A DNA stretch of 64,000 bases from a virus (taxonomy: Duplodnaviria; Caudoviricetes): positions 1 through 64,000 of the IMG/VR virus record IMGVR_UViG_3300033067_000859; one strand, written 5' to 3'. The stretch's first letter is position 1. The number at the start of each line of letters is the position of its first letter. The position numbers and the translations under genes are program-made. The notes beneath the pieces were generated by a model, which did not search any database, was not told the origin of the DNA, and saw only the letters and a list, made by a program, of their open reading frames with translations. Below, in pieces: positions 9,059 to 17,365 of the stretch.

Positions 9059-9499
9059 ATGGATGAATTATACGAAGAACTTGAGTTCAGAAGATTCCCT
9101 GCAGAAAAGCAAGAACAAATTCGCCAGTTAGTAGCTTACACTACTCTGCTAGGTCTAACTGGCAAGGACTTGGTTAGTATTGGCGGTAAGTTGGATCGCA
9201 TCAAGACTCGACAAGAGATTATGGACAACCGGAAAGCTGTCCAGAGTATGGAAATCCGGGCAATTGGTAAGGATACATCAACAAGAAGTCGTTGGGCATA
9301 CAAGCACGACGATACAACGTTCTATTTTGGCAACGCTGATTGGTACTCTGTTAAAATTAGAAATACTAAAACTAATGTTAGTAAGACTGTCACAATTACT
9401 GAGTTTTACGAATTTGGAAAGTGGCGACTTGGTGGCAACTATCATGCTGCCAACATCATGTTAAATGTTTATCGCGGCGATATTAAACTTGATTTTTAA
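9059..9499 (+). CDS. Hypothetical protein
   Basis: SD (AAGGA); 146 aa. Confidence 0.75.
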   Translation: MDELYEELEFRRFPAEKQEQIRQLVAYTTLLGLTGKDLVSIGGKLDRIKTRQEIMDNRKAVQSMEIRAIGKDTSTRSRWAYKHDDTTFYFGNADWYSVKIRNTKTNVSKTVTITEFYEFGKWRLGGNYHAANIMLNVYRGDIKLDF

Positions 9500-9509
9500 G
9501 GAGCACACA

Positions 9510-9716
9510 ATGGCAAAAGTTACCCTAGACAAAGCAATCTATAAAGTAGTGTTTACTGAGTATGATCGATTCAGTGGTCGTAAGCACTGGGATACCGAGT
9601 ACTATGACAACGAAGACGAAGCTCGCAATCGTGCTATTTCTTATAACAAAGAACACAACAATCTAGATTATGCACCTGAGTGGTATGTACGTGCAGACTA
9701 CGCAGGTAGAGTCTAA
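9510..9716 (+). CDS. Hypothetical protein
   Basis: Start reassigned to MAKVTL after an AAGGAG SD. Confidence 0.75.
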   Translation: MAKVTLDKAIYKVVFTEYDRFSGRKHWDTEYYDNEDEARNRAISYNKEHNNLDYAPEWYVRADYAGRV

Positions 9717-9722
9717 ATTTGG

Positions 9723-9751
9723 TTGACCGGCTTGTCCGTTTTTGCTATAAT
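9723..9751 (+). promoter_or_regulatory. Strong sigma70-type early promoter
   Basis: TTGACC-N17-TATAAT. Confidence 0.85.
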
Positions 9752-9777
9752 ACATACATAGCAACAAGGAGCAGGCA

Positions 9778-10035
9778 ATGAAAAACATTTACAACATCTG
9801 GCGCAGTGGTTACAGTGTTTCGACTGCACTGGGAGTTGAACTCATTGGCGAGACTGAAAAAGCCTATAAGTTCAAAGTACTGAACTCTACCAAAGAGTAC
9901 ACTTTCTTCTTGCCCAAGAAGGCTGTTAAGTTTGATACCGAGGTCGAAGGTATCATTAACTTGGCTCGCTGGTTTGCTGCCGACGGCTTTACTGCATTTT
10001 TGTTCAACACATTTTCCACTCACTACAAGCGGTAA
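9778..10035 (+). CDS. Hypothetical early protein
   Basis: AAGGAG SD downstream of the early promoter. Confidence 0.75.
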   Translation: MKNIYNIWRSGYSVSTALGVELIGETEKAYKFKVLNSTKEYTFFLPKKAVKFDTEVEGIINLARWFAADGFTAFLFNTFSTHYKR

Positions 10036-10039
10036 GATC

Positions 10040-10198
10040 ATGTACAAAGAAATTCAAGTCAACAAGTCCACACAAGTTTGCGGTCATCAAGGACATTGGT
10101 TTATTGTTCGCAACGGCAATCGTGTAACTACTGCTAGCGGTAAACGCCGTTGGTGGACTAACCAGCAAGCCGCAATCACTGCTAGTAAGGAACTGTGA
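10040..10198 (+). CDS. Hypothetical early protein
   Basis: MYKEIQVNK..., 52 aa; start reassigned from 9932. Confidence 0.55.
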   Translation: MYKEIQVNKSTQVCGHQGHWFIVRNGNRVTTASGKRRWWTNQQAAITASKEL

Positions 10199-10557
10199 TG
10201 GCTGGATTCCAAATGATCCAAAAGATCAAACGTCTTGAAGAAGAACTACACGTACTAGGTTTTCGTTGGGCGTATCCCAAAACCGGGTGGGGCAGTAGCG
10301 ACGAAATAGATCGTGTTTCTGTTATGCCGCGGGACGACGAGTTGCCTGTGTATAGGCGAGACGCTGCATTGTTTACAGGTACCATCCATGAGTTGGACCG
10401 GTGGCTACAAGGTGTCAAGTGGGCACGTGACTATGACATGTTGATGCGAGTATCATCTGATAAAGTGCGCGAGAAGAAAGAACAAGACTTGCGAAATAAG
10501 AATCTTGTTAAGCTCATAAAGAACGAAGAAATTGAACTTGAGGACGAGTACAAATGA
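10195..10557 (+). CDS. Hypothetical early protein
   Basis: GTGA overlap with SD; 120 aa. Confidence 0.7.
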   Translation: MMAGFQMIQKIKRLEEELHVLGFRWAYPKTGWGSSDEIDRVSVMPRDDELPVYRRDAALFTGTIHELDRWLQGVKWARDYDMLMRVSSDKVREKKEQDLRNKNLVKLIKNEEIELEDEYK

Positions 10558-10958
10558 CATACAATATGCATATCGAAAAACTTGACGGTACTATTGTCGA
10601 CCTTCCAAAGATTGGTGTAGACTATCCCTCCCAAGTCGATTCCTATGCCGCATCACTGGCCAAAAAGGATACCGATCCACAAGTCTACATCAGTGTGTGG
10701 AAACATTCAAAGGGAGAAGTGCGTAAAAAGTTCTACTCTCCGTCTTGCTGGGACTTGGATTCGTTTGCACTCGAGATCTTTGACACTATGTGCAAAGAAC
10801 ATGACTGGTACTATCAATACAGCGACGACCATCGAGTGTGGAACGCTGGGTCTGCGGCAGAAGACAGACTCAAGTCAAAGTACCGTATGCTAAAGCAGCG
10901 TCTTCCGGATGCTGCAACTGCAATCTGGAATCAATACTGCCCGAAAGATTTTGCATAA
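10554..10958 (+). CDS. Hypothetical early protein
   Basis: ATGA overlap; C-terminal HDWYYQYSDDHRVW motif. Confidence 0.7.
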   Translation: MTYNMHIEKLDGTIVDLPKIGVDYPSQVDSYAASLAKKDTDPQVYISVWKHSKGEVRKKFYSPSCWDLDSFALEIFDTMCKEHDWYYQYSDDHRVWNAGSAAEDRLKSKYRMLKQRLPDAATAIWNQYCPKDFA

Positions 10959-10963
10959 ATCGG

Positions 10964-10992
10964 TTGACTGTTTGTCCAAAAAGCCGTATAAT
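10964..10992 (+). promoter_or_regulatory. Strong sigma70-type early promoter
   Basis: TTGACT-N17-TATAAT; shares TATAATACATACATAGCA with the 9723 promoter. Confidence 0.85.
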
Positions 10993-11028
10993 ACATACAT
11001 AGCAGCAAACAACACCCAGGAGTTTAAA

Positions 11029-11271
11029 ATGAACATCAAGCGTTTCAAACAAAGCCAAAAGTTTCGTGTTATTGTTGACAGCGCATGCTTCTATGCTACG
11101 GCTAAACAAATCCGAAACGGTGTTGGTGACTTTTCTAAGTGCAATGCTGCGACACAAAAAGCGCTTGACACTCTTGAATTTACACGATCAGGCGAAGGCA
11201 TTGCTGACCAATGTGCTGTGGGTCTTGCTGGCACTTGGGAAGGACTTAGCGTACAACTCAATATTGCGTAA
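11029..11271 (+). CDS. Hypothetical early protein
   Basis: MNIKRFKQ..., 80 aa, after an AGGAG SD; start reassigned from 10909. Confidence 0.7.
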   Translation: MNIKRFKQSQKFRVIVDSACFYATAKQIRNGVGDFSKCNAATQKALDTLEFTRSGEGIADQCAVGLAGTWEGLSVQLNIA

Positions 11272-11384
11272 CGATTGCATTCTCCTTCCGGGCAATTAAC
11301 CAGGGTATTTGCCAAAAGCAATATAAATCCTAAGACCCGGCCGATGGTTAATAATTTATTTGAACTCAAAGAATAAATACTATT

Positions 11385-11570
11385 ATGAAAATTAACGAAG
11401 TTACACAACCGTCCGACAAAACATTGTTTGAGTCCATTGACGCTACTAATGACACAGGGTTTTTGACCGAAGACTTGGTCAAAATTGTTCGCACTGAACA
11501 AGCAGGCGCTTGGTCGGAACCAATGACTGCCGACCAACTGCTAGAAGAAATGGATTCTTGGGCAGAATAA
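11385..11570 (+). CDS. Small acidic protein, putative antitoxin partner of the downstream YafQ-like toxin
   Basis: 61 aa, very acidic; TAATG coupling to the toxin; ATAAATA motif 5 nt upstream. Confidence 0.55.
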   Translation: MKINEVTQPSDKTLFESIDATNDTGFLTEDLVKIVRTEQAGAWSEPMTADQLLEEMDSWAE

Positions 11571-11929
11571 TGGCAGTTGTCTTCCGAAGATCGGACTTAT
11601 ATAAAGACACATACATATCCAGGGTACTGTCCAACTCTGGATTAAAATCAAAGTTTCGCGACTTCATGGAAATAAAGCGCACTAATCCCCAACAGCCGTT
11701 TGGCAGCAGTGATAAGCCATTTACAGGCGGAGGTAACTTTGCAAAAGCAGTGCCGGGTTTAAGGCACGCTCATATCACATTCGACCTCAGTATTGTCTAC
11801 AAAGTAGTTGGCAACGAGGTTTACTTGTACGGCTTCTTTACACACGACGAGCTTGGTACTGGACAGCCACCAAATATGAATCGTCAAAAAAGCACAGCTA
11901 CAAAATTTTCTAACCAACGATTCGCTTGA
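11570..11929 (+). CDS. RelE/YafQ-family mRNA interferase-like protein
   Basis: DKPFTG...GLRHAHITFDLSIVYKV...FFTHDEL resembles YafQ DHPLQG...YRDAHVEPDWILIYK...TGTHAAL; start reassigned to 11570. Confidence 0.75.
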   Translation: MAVVFRRSDLYKDTYISRVLSNSGLKSKFRDFMEIKRTNPQQPFGSSDKPFTGGGNFAKAVPGLRHAHITFDLSIVYKVVGNEVYLYGFFTHDELGTGQPPNMNRQKSTATKFSNQRFA

Positions 11930-11954
11930 CTAAATTGTAAAACGGATATATAAT
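11926..11954 (+). promoter_or_regulatory. Sigma70-type early promoter
   Basis: TTGACT-N17-TATAAT; the TGA stop of the toxin lies inside the -35. Confidence 0.8.
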
Positions 11955-11982
11955 ATAGGCTTACTACACAAAGGGGCCTTTT

Positions 11983-12189
11983 ATGTCATATCGCGTTTTC
12001 CAAAACAATAAAGAATACGGCCCACGTAAGGGCCTCGAAGGCCCCTTCCATTACCCCAACGGACAAGTTTTGTATTACGACCCAAAAGAAGGTCAATACT
12101 ACGACCCCACAACAGACTTTTACGTGACCAACGAAGAAGTTGCAGAATTGCAAAACTCAATTCTGTCAATGCTTGTGGGTAAAAACTAA
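11983..12189 (+). CDS. Hypothetical early protein
   Basis: 68 aa with YYDPKEGQYYDPTTD repeat; SD AAGGGG. Confidence 0.7.
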   Translation: MSYRVFQNNKEYGPRKGLEGPFHYPNGQVLYYDPKEGQYYDPTTDFYVTNEEVAELQNSILSMLVGKN

Positions 12190-12600
12190 ATGCTAGTATC
12201 GAGTACTGTTGAAAAGTGCAAGACATTTTTCAACATCGATTGCACACTCACTGCAAGTCCTTATAATCAATATAAGGACACTGTACCTAAGACTGCCCGC
12301 GGAGTGTACATCCTCGAAAGCGAAGTTGGTCAAATCATCTACGTTGGCAAAGGCAACATCAAAGCACGGCAGGATAGCCATTGGCCTAAAGCACACGGCG
12401 ATATCAAAGCATACACTATTGACCCAAAAGGTTGGCAATGGTTACGTGAAAACTTTACAGTCACACCAGGTAACTGGACCCTGCACTACATCCAACTTGC
12501 AAAGGAAACTGAGCTAAGTGCAATGGAAGGTAGTCTGATCCATTTTTTGCAACCATTGGCCAACGACGAAACTTTTAAAGACCGTTCACAAAACGGTTGA
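12190..12600 (+). CDS. Stand-alone GIY-YIG nuclease-domain protein
   Basis: RGVYILE...IIYVGKG.IKARQDSH...E...LQPLAN. Confidence 0.75.
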   Translation: MLVSSTVEKCKTFFNIDCTLTASPYNQYKDTVPKTARGVYILESEVGQIIYVGKGNIKARQDSHWPKAHGDIKAYTIDPKGWQWLRENFTVTPGNWTLHYIQLAKETELSAMEGSLIHFLQPLANDETFKDRSQNG

Positions 12601-12625
12601 CCGTTTGTCCAAAAGGCTTTATAAT
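12597..12625 (+). promoter_or_regulatory. Strong sigma70-type early promoter
   Basis: TTGACC-N17-TATAAT; spacer is nearly identical to that of the 10964 promoter. Confidence 0.85.
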
Positions 12626-12656
12626 ACATGTATTGTAACGCACACAGGAACACACA

Positions 12657-12905
12657 ATGAGCAAAACAGTTAACGTTGGTGATATTGTTAAGAGCTTTGA
12701 CTTTAACGGTATCGAAGACTGCTACATGGTTGGTAAAGTTGTTAGTGTTAGCAAAGAATTTGGCGATTTTCGTGCCACATTCATTAAGCGAGTTTGGGAA
12801 GGTAGTGAAGATAACAAGTTTAAGACAGACTTCTTCACTGCACCCCTGCAGGGCAACATGTTTACCGATACCGATTTGTTTCCCCGAGTCGTTGTTATTG
12901 CGTAA
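12657..12905 (+). CDS. Hypothetical early protein
   Basis: 82 aa; SD AGGA. Confidence 0.7.
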   Translation: MSKTVNVGDIVKSFDFNGIEDCYMVGKVVSVSKEFGDFRATFIKRVWEGSEDNKFKTDFFTAPLQGNMFTDTDLFPRVVVIA

Positions 12906-12924
12906 GTTGCAAATATACAACAAT

Positions 12925-12967
12925 AATAACCCAGCAATTGACCAGGTTATTGTTTCTGTTGTATAAT
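12925..12967 (+). promoter_or_regulatory. Promoter of the AAA gene inside an inverted repeat AATAACC-N13-GGTTATT
   Basis: TTGACC(12938)-N18-TATAAT(12962); inverted-repeat arms at 12925-12931 and 12945-12951. Confidence 0.65.
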
Positions 12968-13013
12968 AGATTTTGTGTTAGTAATTTTAAACGTTTTTTA
13001 ACAGGAGCATTAA

Positions 13014-14129
13014 ATGTCCAAGCAAGTAAGTGAAGCCCGCACAGTTACATCAACTGAAGCACGTCGTTCTATTATCCGCGCTTTTAAGAAGCAACGTCCT
13101 TTGTTCCTGTGGGGTCCTCCAGGCATCGGCAAGTCCGAGCTTGTTGCGGGCATTGCAGAAGAACTTGGCGGCGTTACAGTCGACTTGCGCCTGGGTCAAA
13201 TGGAGCCCACTGACATTCGTGGTATTCCGTTTTATAACAAAGACAATGGACAGATGGATTGGGCTCCCCCAATTGATTTGCCTAGCGAAGAATTCGCTAA
13301 ACAACACCCCGTGGTTGTGTTGTTCTTGGACGAAATGAACCAAGCTGCCCCGGCTGTGCAAGGTTCTGCATTCCAGCTGATTTTGAACCGTCGAATTGGT
13401 AAGTATGTTTTGCCCGACAACGTTGTAATCGTTGCTGCTGGTAACCGTGAGTCTGACAAAGGTATTAGCTACCGCATGCCTACTCCGCTTGCTAACCGTT
13501 TTGTTCACTTGGAAATGCGTCCGGACTTTGACTCCTGGCAACAATGGGCTGTTAACAACCGTATCCACAAGGACGTGGTTGGTTACATCAGCTTTGCCAA
13601 GCAAGACTTGTACGACTTTGATCCACGCAGTTCGGGCCGTAGCTTTGCAACTCCACGTTCTTGGACCTTTGTGTCTGAGTTGCTGGAAGATGGTGACGAC
13701 GACACTAACATGGACTTGATTGCAGGTACTATTGGTGAAGGCCTTGCTGTTAAGTTCATGGCACATCGCAAGATTGCTAGCAACATGCCCAAGCCAGAAG
13801 ATATCTTGGCCGGCAAGGTTAAAGAACTCAAGGCCAAAGAAGTGTCTGCTATGTACTCGCTGACAATTTCTATGTGCTACGAGTTGCAAGACAGCTATGC
13901 CAAGTTGGCACAAGGCGGCAAAGATGCAAAAGGTCTGGCTGCATGGTACGACCAAAGCGACAATTTCTTGCGCTTTGTGATGGACAACTTCAGCACTGAG
14001 TTGGTTGTTATGGGCATTCGTGTTGCTCTTACTACTTACAACCTGCCCTTTGTCCCGGGCAAGTTGAAGAACTTTAATGAGTTCCACCAGCGCTTTGGCA
14101 AGTACATTGTGGCAGCTTCTGCCAAGTAA
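13014..14129 (+). CDS. AAA+ ATPase (MoxR-like/AAA_5)
   Basis: Walker A GPPGIGKS, Walker B LFLDEMN, AAGN, LANRFVH and TPRSW. Confidence 0.9.
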   Translation: MSKQVSEARTVTSTEARRSIIRAFKKQRPLFLWGPPGIGKSELVAGIAEELGGVTVDLRLGQMEPTDIRGIPFYNKDNGQMDWAPPIDLPSEEFAKQHPVVVLFLDEMNQAAPAVQGSAFQLILNRRIGKYVLPDNVVIVAAGNRESDKGISYRMPTPLANRFVHLEMRPDFDSWQQWAVNNRIHKDVVGYISFAKQDLYDFDPRSSGRSFATPRSWTFVSELLEDGDDDTNMDLIAGTIGEGLAVKFMAHRKIASNMPKPEDILAGKVKELKAKEVSAMYSLTISMCYELQDSYAKLAQGGKDAKGLAAWYDQSDNFLRFVMDNFSTELVVMGIRVALTTYNLPFVPGKLKNFNEFHQRFGKYIVAASAK

Positions 14130-14148
14130 GGCTAAACTGTAGTACAGC

Positions 14149-14190
14149 AATAGCCCGGCGTTTGTCCGGGTTATTGTTTTGTGCTATAAT
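14149..14190 (+). promoter_or_regulatory. Hairpin/inverted repeat (possible terminator) overlapping the promoter of the vWA gene
   Basis: 10-bp stem AATAGCCCGG/CCGGGTTATT followed by GTTTT; TTGTCC(14162)-N17-TATAAT(14185) with an extended TG. Confidence 0.6.
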
Positions 14191-14213
14191 ATCTACATTA
14201 ACAAGGAGTTATT

Positions 14214-15488
14214 ATGAGTGATAGTACACTAGCCGAAAAGACCAAAGTTGTTACAGAAACAAATCCGCGTATTGATGCCGCAGCTCGCGAAAAGCTGATT
14301 ACAGCTCGCGTGGGCTTGCTGCTCAAGGCACCATTCTTTGGTAACTTGGCTACTCGTCTTGTTCTGCAAAACGCAGACGCATGGTGCCCTACTGCGGCTA
14401 CAGAAGGTCGACATTTCTTTTACAACTCTGAGTTCATTAACAAACTCAGCTTGAAAGAATGCGAATTCTTGTTTGGACACGAAGTCCTGCATGTCGTTTA
14501 TGATCATATGGGACGCCGAGGCGATCGCGAGCCCCGCTTGTGGAACATTGCAGACGACTACTGTGTTAACAGTGACTTGATCGAAAACAAAATTGGCGAT
14601 AAGATCACTAAGGTTGGTATCTTGTACAACCAAAAGTACAATGGTATGAGTGCCGAAGAAGTCTATGATGACTTGTACAAAAATGCAGACAAAATTGACA
14701 TCAAGAAGCTCATGGAGCAAGTGCTCGACGAACACTTGGACGGCGATGGTGACGGCGATGGTGAAGGCGATGGTGACGGCGACAAACAAGGTAATGGCCG
14801 CCCTCGACTGACTGCTGAAGAAAAGAAACAGATTCGAGACGAGATCAAAGAAGCTGTTCTTGCGGCCGCAGAAGCATCTGGTGCAGGCAATGTACCCGGC
14901 AACATCAAGCGAATGATTAAGGACTTGACTGCTCCTGTTGTTAACTGGCGCGAACTGTTGCAACAACAAATTCAAAGTATTATCAAGAACGATTATACTT
15001 TTGCTCGCCCAAGTCGCCGAAGCTGGCACATGGATGCTATTTTGCCGGGTATGAAGAATGCACAAACAATCGACGTTTGTGTTGCAATTGATACATCAGG
15101 TTCCATTACTAGTGAAGATCTCAAAATCTTTTTGAGTGAAGTCAAAGGTATCATGGACATGTACGACGATTACAAGGTTCATATCATCACTTGGGACACT
15201 AGTGTCTATAACCCGCAAGATTACAGTCCCGATTCGGCCGAGGATATTACTTCGTACGTGCCCGGAGGCGGCGGTGGAACTGATCCGCACTGTGTTTGGG
15301 AGTACCTCAAAGAAAACGAGATCGAGCCTAAGAAACTGATCATGTTTACTGACTACTGCTTCTTTGGATGGAGTCCAGAACAAGTACAAGACTACTGCGA
15401 TACTATTTGGGTTATTAAAGGCAACCCAAGTGCAGAACCCGAGTTTGGTATTTGGGCCCATTACGAAGAAGCCAAGAAGGGTAATTGA
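14214..15488 (+). CDS. Metallopeptidase-like (HExxH) plus vWA domain protein (DUF2201-type)
   Basis: HEVLH zincin motif; MIDAS DTSGS...GGGTD...FTD; partner of the upstream AAA ATPase. Confidence 0.85.
   Translation: MSDSTLAEKTKVVTETNPRIDAAAREKLITARVGLLLKAPFFGNLATRLVLQNADAWCPTAATEGRHFFYNSEFINKLSLKECEFLFGHEVLHVVYDHMGRRGDREPRLWNIADDYCVNSDLIENKIGDKITKVGILYNQKYNGMSAEEVYDDLYKNADKIDIKKLMEQVLDEHLDGDGDGDGEGDGDGDKQGNGRPRLTAEEKKQIRDEIKEAVLAAAEASGAGNVPGNIKRMIKDLTAPVVNWRELLQQQIQSIIKNDYTFARPSRRSWHMDAILPGMKNAQTIDVCVAIDTSGSITSEDLKIFLSEVKGIMDMYDDYKVHIITWDTSVYNPQDYSPDSAEDITSYVPGGGGGTDPHCVWEYLKENEIEPKKLIMFTDYCFFGWSPEQVQDYCDTIWVIKGNPSAEPEFGIWAHYEEAKKGN
14739..14786 (+). repeat. 12-nt coding tandem repeat (Asp-Gly linker)
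   Basis: GACGGCGATGGT x2, then GAAGGCGATGGT and GACGGCGACAAA. Confidence 0.8.
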
Positions 15489-15769
15489 TGCTAGAGTTCC
15501 AGGTACTGGACCGAAGGCATAAAGGATACGGTACGTTTGCGTACCGTGTCACAGTAGTAGGCGGTAACAAAAATACCAAGGCTGTTGAGTTTAATGCTTT
15601 ACGGCTTTGGTGTTGGGAAACACTCGGGCCAAGTTGTGAGCGAGACTCGCACACAGTTGTTTATCCAGATGCGCTATGGGCATGGCACATTGAGACTGAC
15701 CACTACTTTGCACATATCTATATTGCCAACGACGAAACCGAATCACTTTTTAGACTGAAATGGATGTAA
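15485..15769 (+). CDS. Hypothetical protein
   Basis: TTGA overlap start with SD; 94 aa. Confidence 0.65.
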   Translation: MMLEFQVLDRRHKGYGTFAYRVTVVGGNKNTKAVEFNALRLWCWETLGPSCERDSHTVVYPDALWAWHIETDHYFAHIYIANDETESLFRLKWM

Positions 15770-16068
15770 AAATGGAACAAGTTGAACAAACCGAACAAGC
15801 CGAAATTGATAGCACCAAGCTTGTCAACCCTGCAGAAATTACCGAGCTTGAAAAAGCGCAAGAACTTATTGCAAACTTGCAATCTCGCCTGCTTGCACGT
15901 GAACAGTGCCTAGACGATATTGCACGGGCAGTTGAGATTGCCGAAATTACTCGTCAGTTTCAATTGGTAACTAGCTTCCGCGAAGCTGCTGAAGAAATGC
16001 TCAAAGAGCGTATTCAAGTGGATACGCAAGGCGAAGATCAAGACCTTAAAGTTCGGATTTTTGAATAA
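15760..16068 (+). CDS. Hypothetical coiled-coil protein
   Basis: Acidic and helical; packed with its neighbours. Confidence 0.7.
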   Translation: MDVKMEQVEQTEQAEIDSTKLVNPAEITELEKAQELIANLQSRLLAREQCLDDIARAVEIAEITRQFQLVTSFREAAEEMLKERIQVDTQGEDQDLKVRIFE

Positions 16069-16364
16069 TGCTCAAACACGGCGAAGTAAATTTGCTAGAT
16101 GTATTTGACTTACGAAGGTTAGATCATTGCCCGCCGCACTTTGCTACAATCACTTTTGATTTGCGGGCAAATATGAAAGCCATCACTGACTGGATTTACG
16201 AAAATCTATCAGGTAGATTCTATGTTGGAGACCACTTTGATGTCGACGAAGTAGATTCTAGTAGAGTTAAGATGCACAAGATAGTAGGCTTTGAGTTGCA
16301 CGAAGAAGCCAGCTACTTTGGACTATTCTTACCCAACATCAATATCGTTAGCTACGATTACTAA
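16068..16364 (+). CDS. Hypothetical protein
   Basis: TAATG coupling; 98 aa. Confidence 0.7.
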   Translation: MLKHGEVNLLDVFDLRRLDHCPPHFATITFDLRANMKAITDWIYENLSGRFYVGDHFDVDEVDSSRVKMHKIVGFELHEEASYFGLFLPNINIVSYDY

Positions 16365-16411
16365 AAAAATATCTCCATCAGGCCTGTATCATTAAATATG
16401 TTTACAGTCTG

Positions 16412-16672
16412 ATGGAGATATCAATGACAGATACCGCAAACTCTGAACAAGTTAGTTCAGATGCAAACACAAACCCCAATTTAAATATTGCCGACTTGGT
16501 TAATGTTCTTCAAGTAATTAGAACTTGCTCTAGTCGAGGCGCTTTTCGTGCCGACGAAATGAGTGCCGTTGGAGGCCTTTACGACAGGCTACAAGCATTT
16601 TTAGTAGCAACTGGTGCAGTGAAAGTTACCGAAGAAGGTGACAACGCTGCTACATCTAACACGGCAGCATAA
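16412..16672 (+). CDS. Hypothetical protein
   Basis: SRGAFRADEM motif; ATTAAATA late-like motif at 16391-16398. Confidence 0.7.
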   Translation: MEISMTDTANSEQVSSDANTNPNLNIADLVNVLQVIRTCSSRGAFRADEMSAVGGLYDRLQAFLVATGAVKVTEEGDNAATSNTAA

Positions 16673-16681
16673 GGAGAATCT

Positions 16682-17365
16682 ATGTTAAAACATATTGGAA
16701 GACACGGCGATAAAAAAGTTGTCGTACTATACAGACAAGTTCCGGGCGAAGACCATATGTGTCTTGTAGTCTATAGCGACTTGCTACCACGAATCTATCA
16801 TGACACGGTTATGACTGTGTTAGAAAGCCCCGTCGGTCAGCAGGCCGAAAGTTTAGCTGATGCAATTTTCAGAAGCATGATGCCCGATGGTATTAATGCA
16901 CTGGAAGCGCTACACAAGAATGGTTTGATTAAGAAAATCAACACCAATCAAGTGATCATGACACCAACTGCATCAAATACTGTTCGACTCGATGAGCTCA
17001 ACGACATTTTGAACGAAATGAAAAAGGGCGAGGAAGCTATTAAGCGACTAGCAGAAATGGACAAGAATACCGGGTTGGCCACAAAGCGTCGACCTGTGGA
17101 ACCAAGAGAAGTTGGTGTCCCGCCTTCTAGTAGAACACAACCTGCCCAACAAACTGCCAGCTTTGATGGTGTTTTGTCCGATGAAGATCTAGCTCGTAGC
17201 AGAATTGCACAAGCAGAGATGATGAAGAAAAATGCTGCAACTATGTTAGCAGAAGCCGAGCGTCTTACAAAAGAAGCCGAAGATCTTAGTCCCACTATCA
17301 CAACAACACTAAAAACCAATGTCGGAACAGCCAAAAAGAAAACGGCCAAGGTTAAAGAGGCTTAA
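16682..17365 (+). CDS. Hypothetical protein
   Basis: AAGGAG SD; 227 aa. Confidence 0.8.
   Translation: MLKHIGRHGDKKVVVLYRQVPGEDHMCLVVYSDLLPRIYHDTVMTVLESPVGQQAESLADAIFRSMMPDGINALEALHKNGLIKKINTNQVIMTPTASNTVRLDELNDILNEMKKGEEAIKRLAEMDKNTGLATKRRPVEPREVGVPPSSRTQPAQQTASFDGVLSDEDLARSRIAQAEMMKKNAATMLAEAERLTKEAEDLSPTITTTLKTNVGTAKKKTAKVKEA

Noticed and set aside
13050-14150. 366-aa antisense ORF opposite the AAA ATPase
   Set aside because: It mirrors a strongly codon-biased real gene, has no start signals or recognisable motifs, and is a typical shadow ORF.
14739-14786. Tandem repeat as a possible contingency or phase-variation locus
   Set aside because: It is an in-frame 12-nt unit encoding an Asp-Gly flexible linker typical of this protein family.
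14229-15065. 278-aa antisense ORF opposite the vWA gene
   Set aside because: Same shadow-ORF explanation; no protein motifs.
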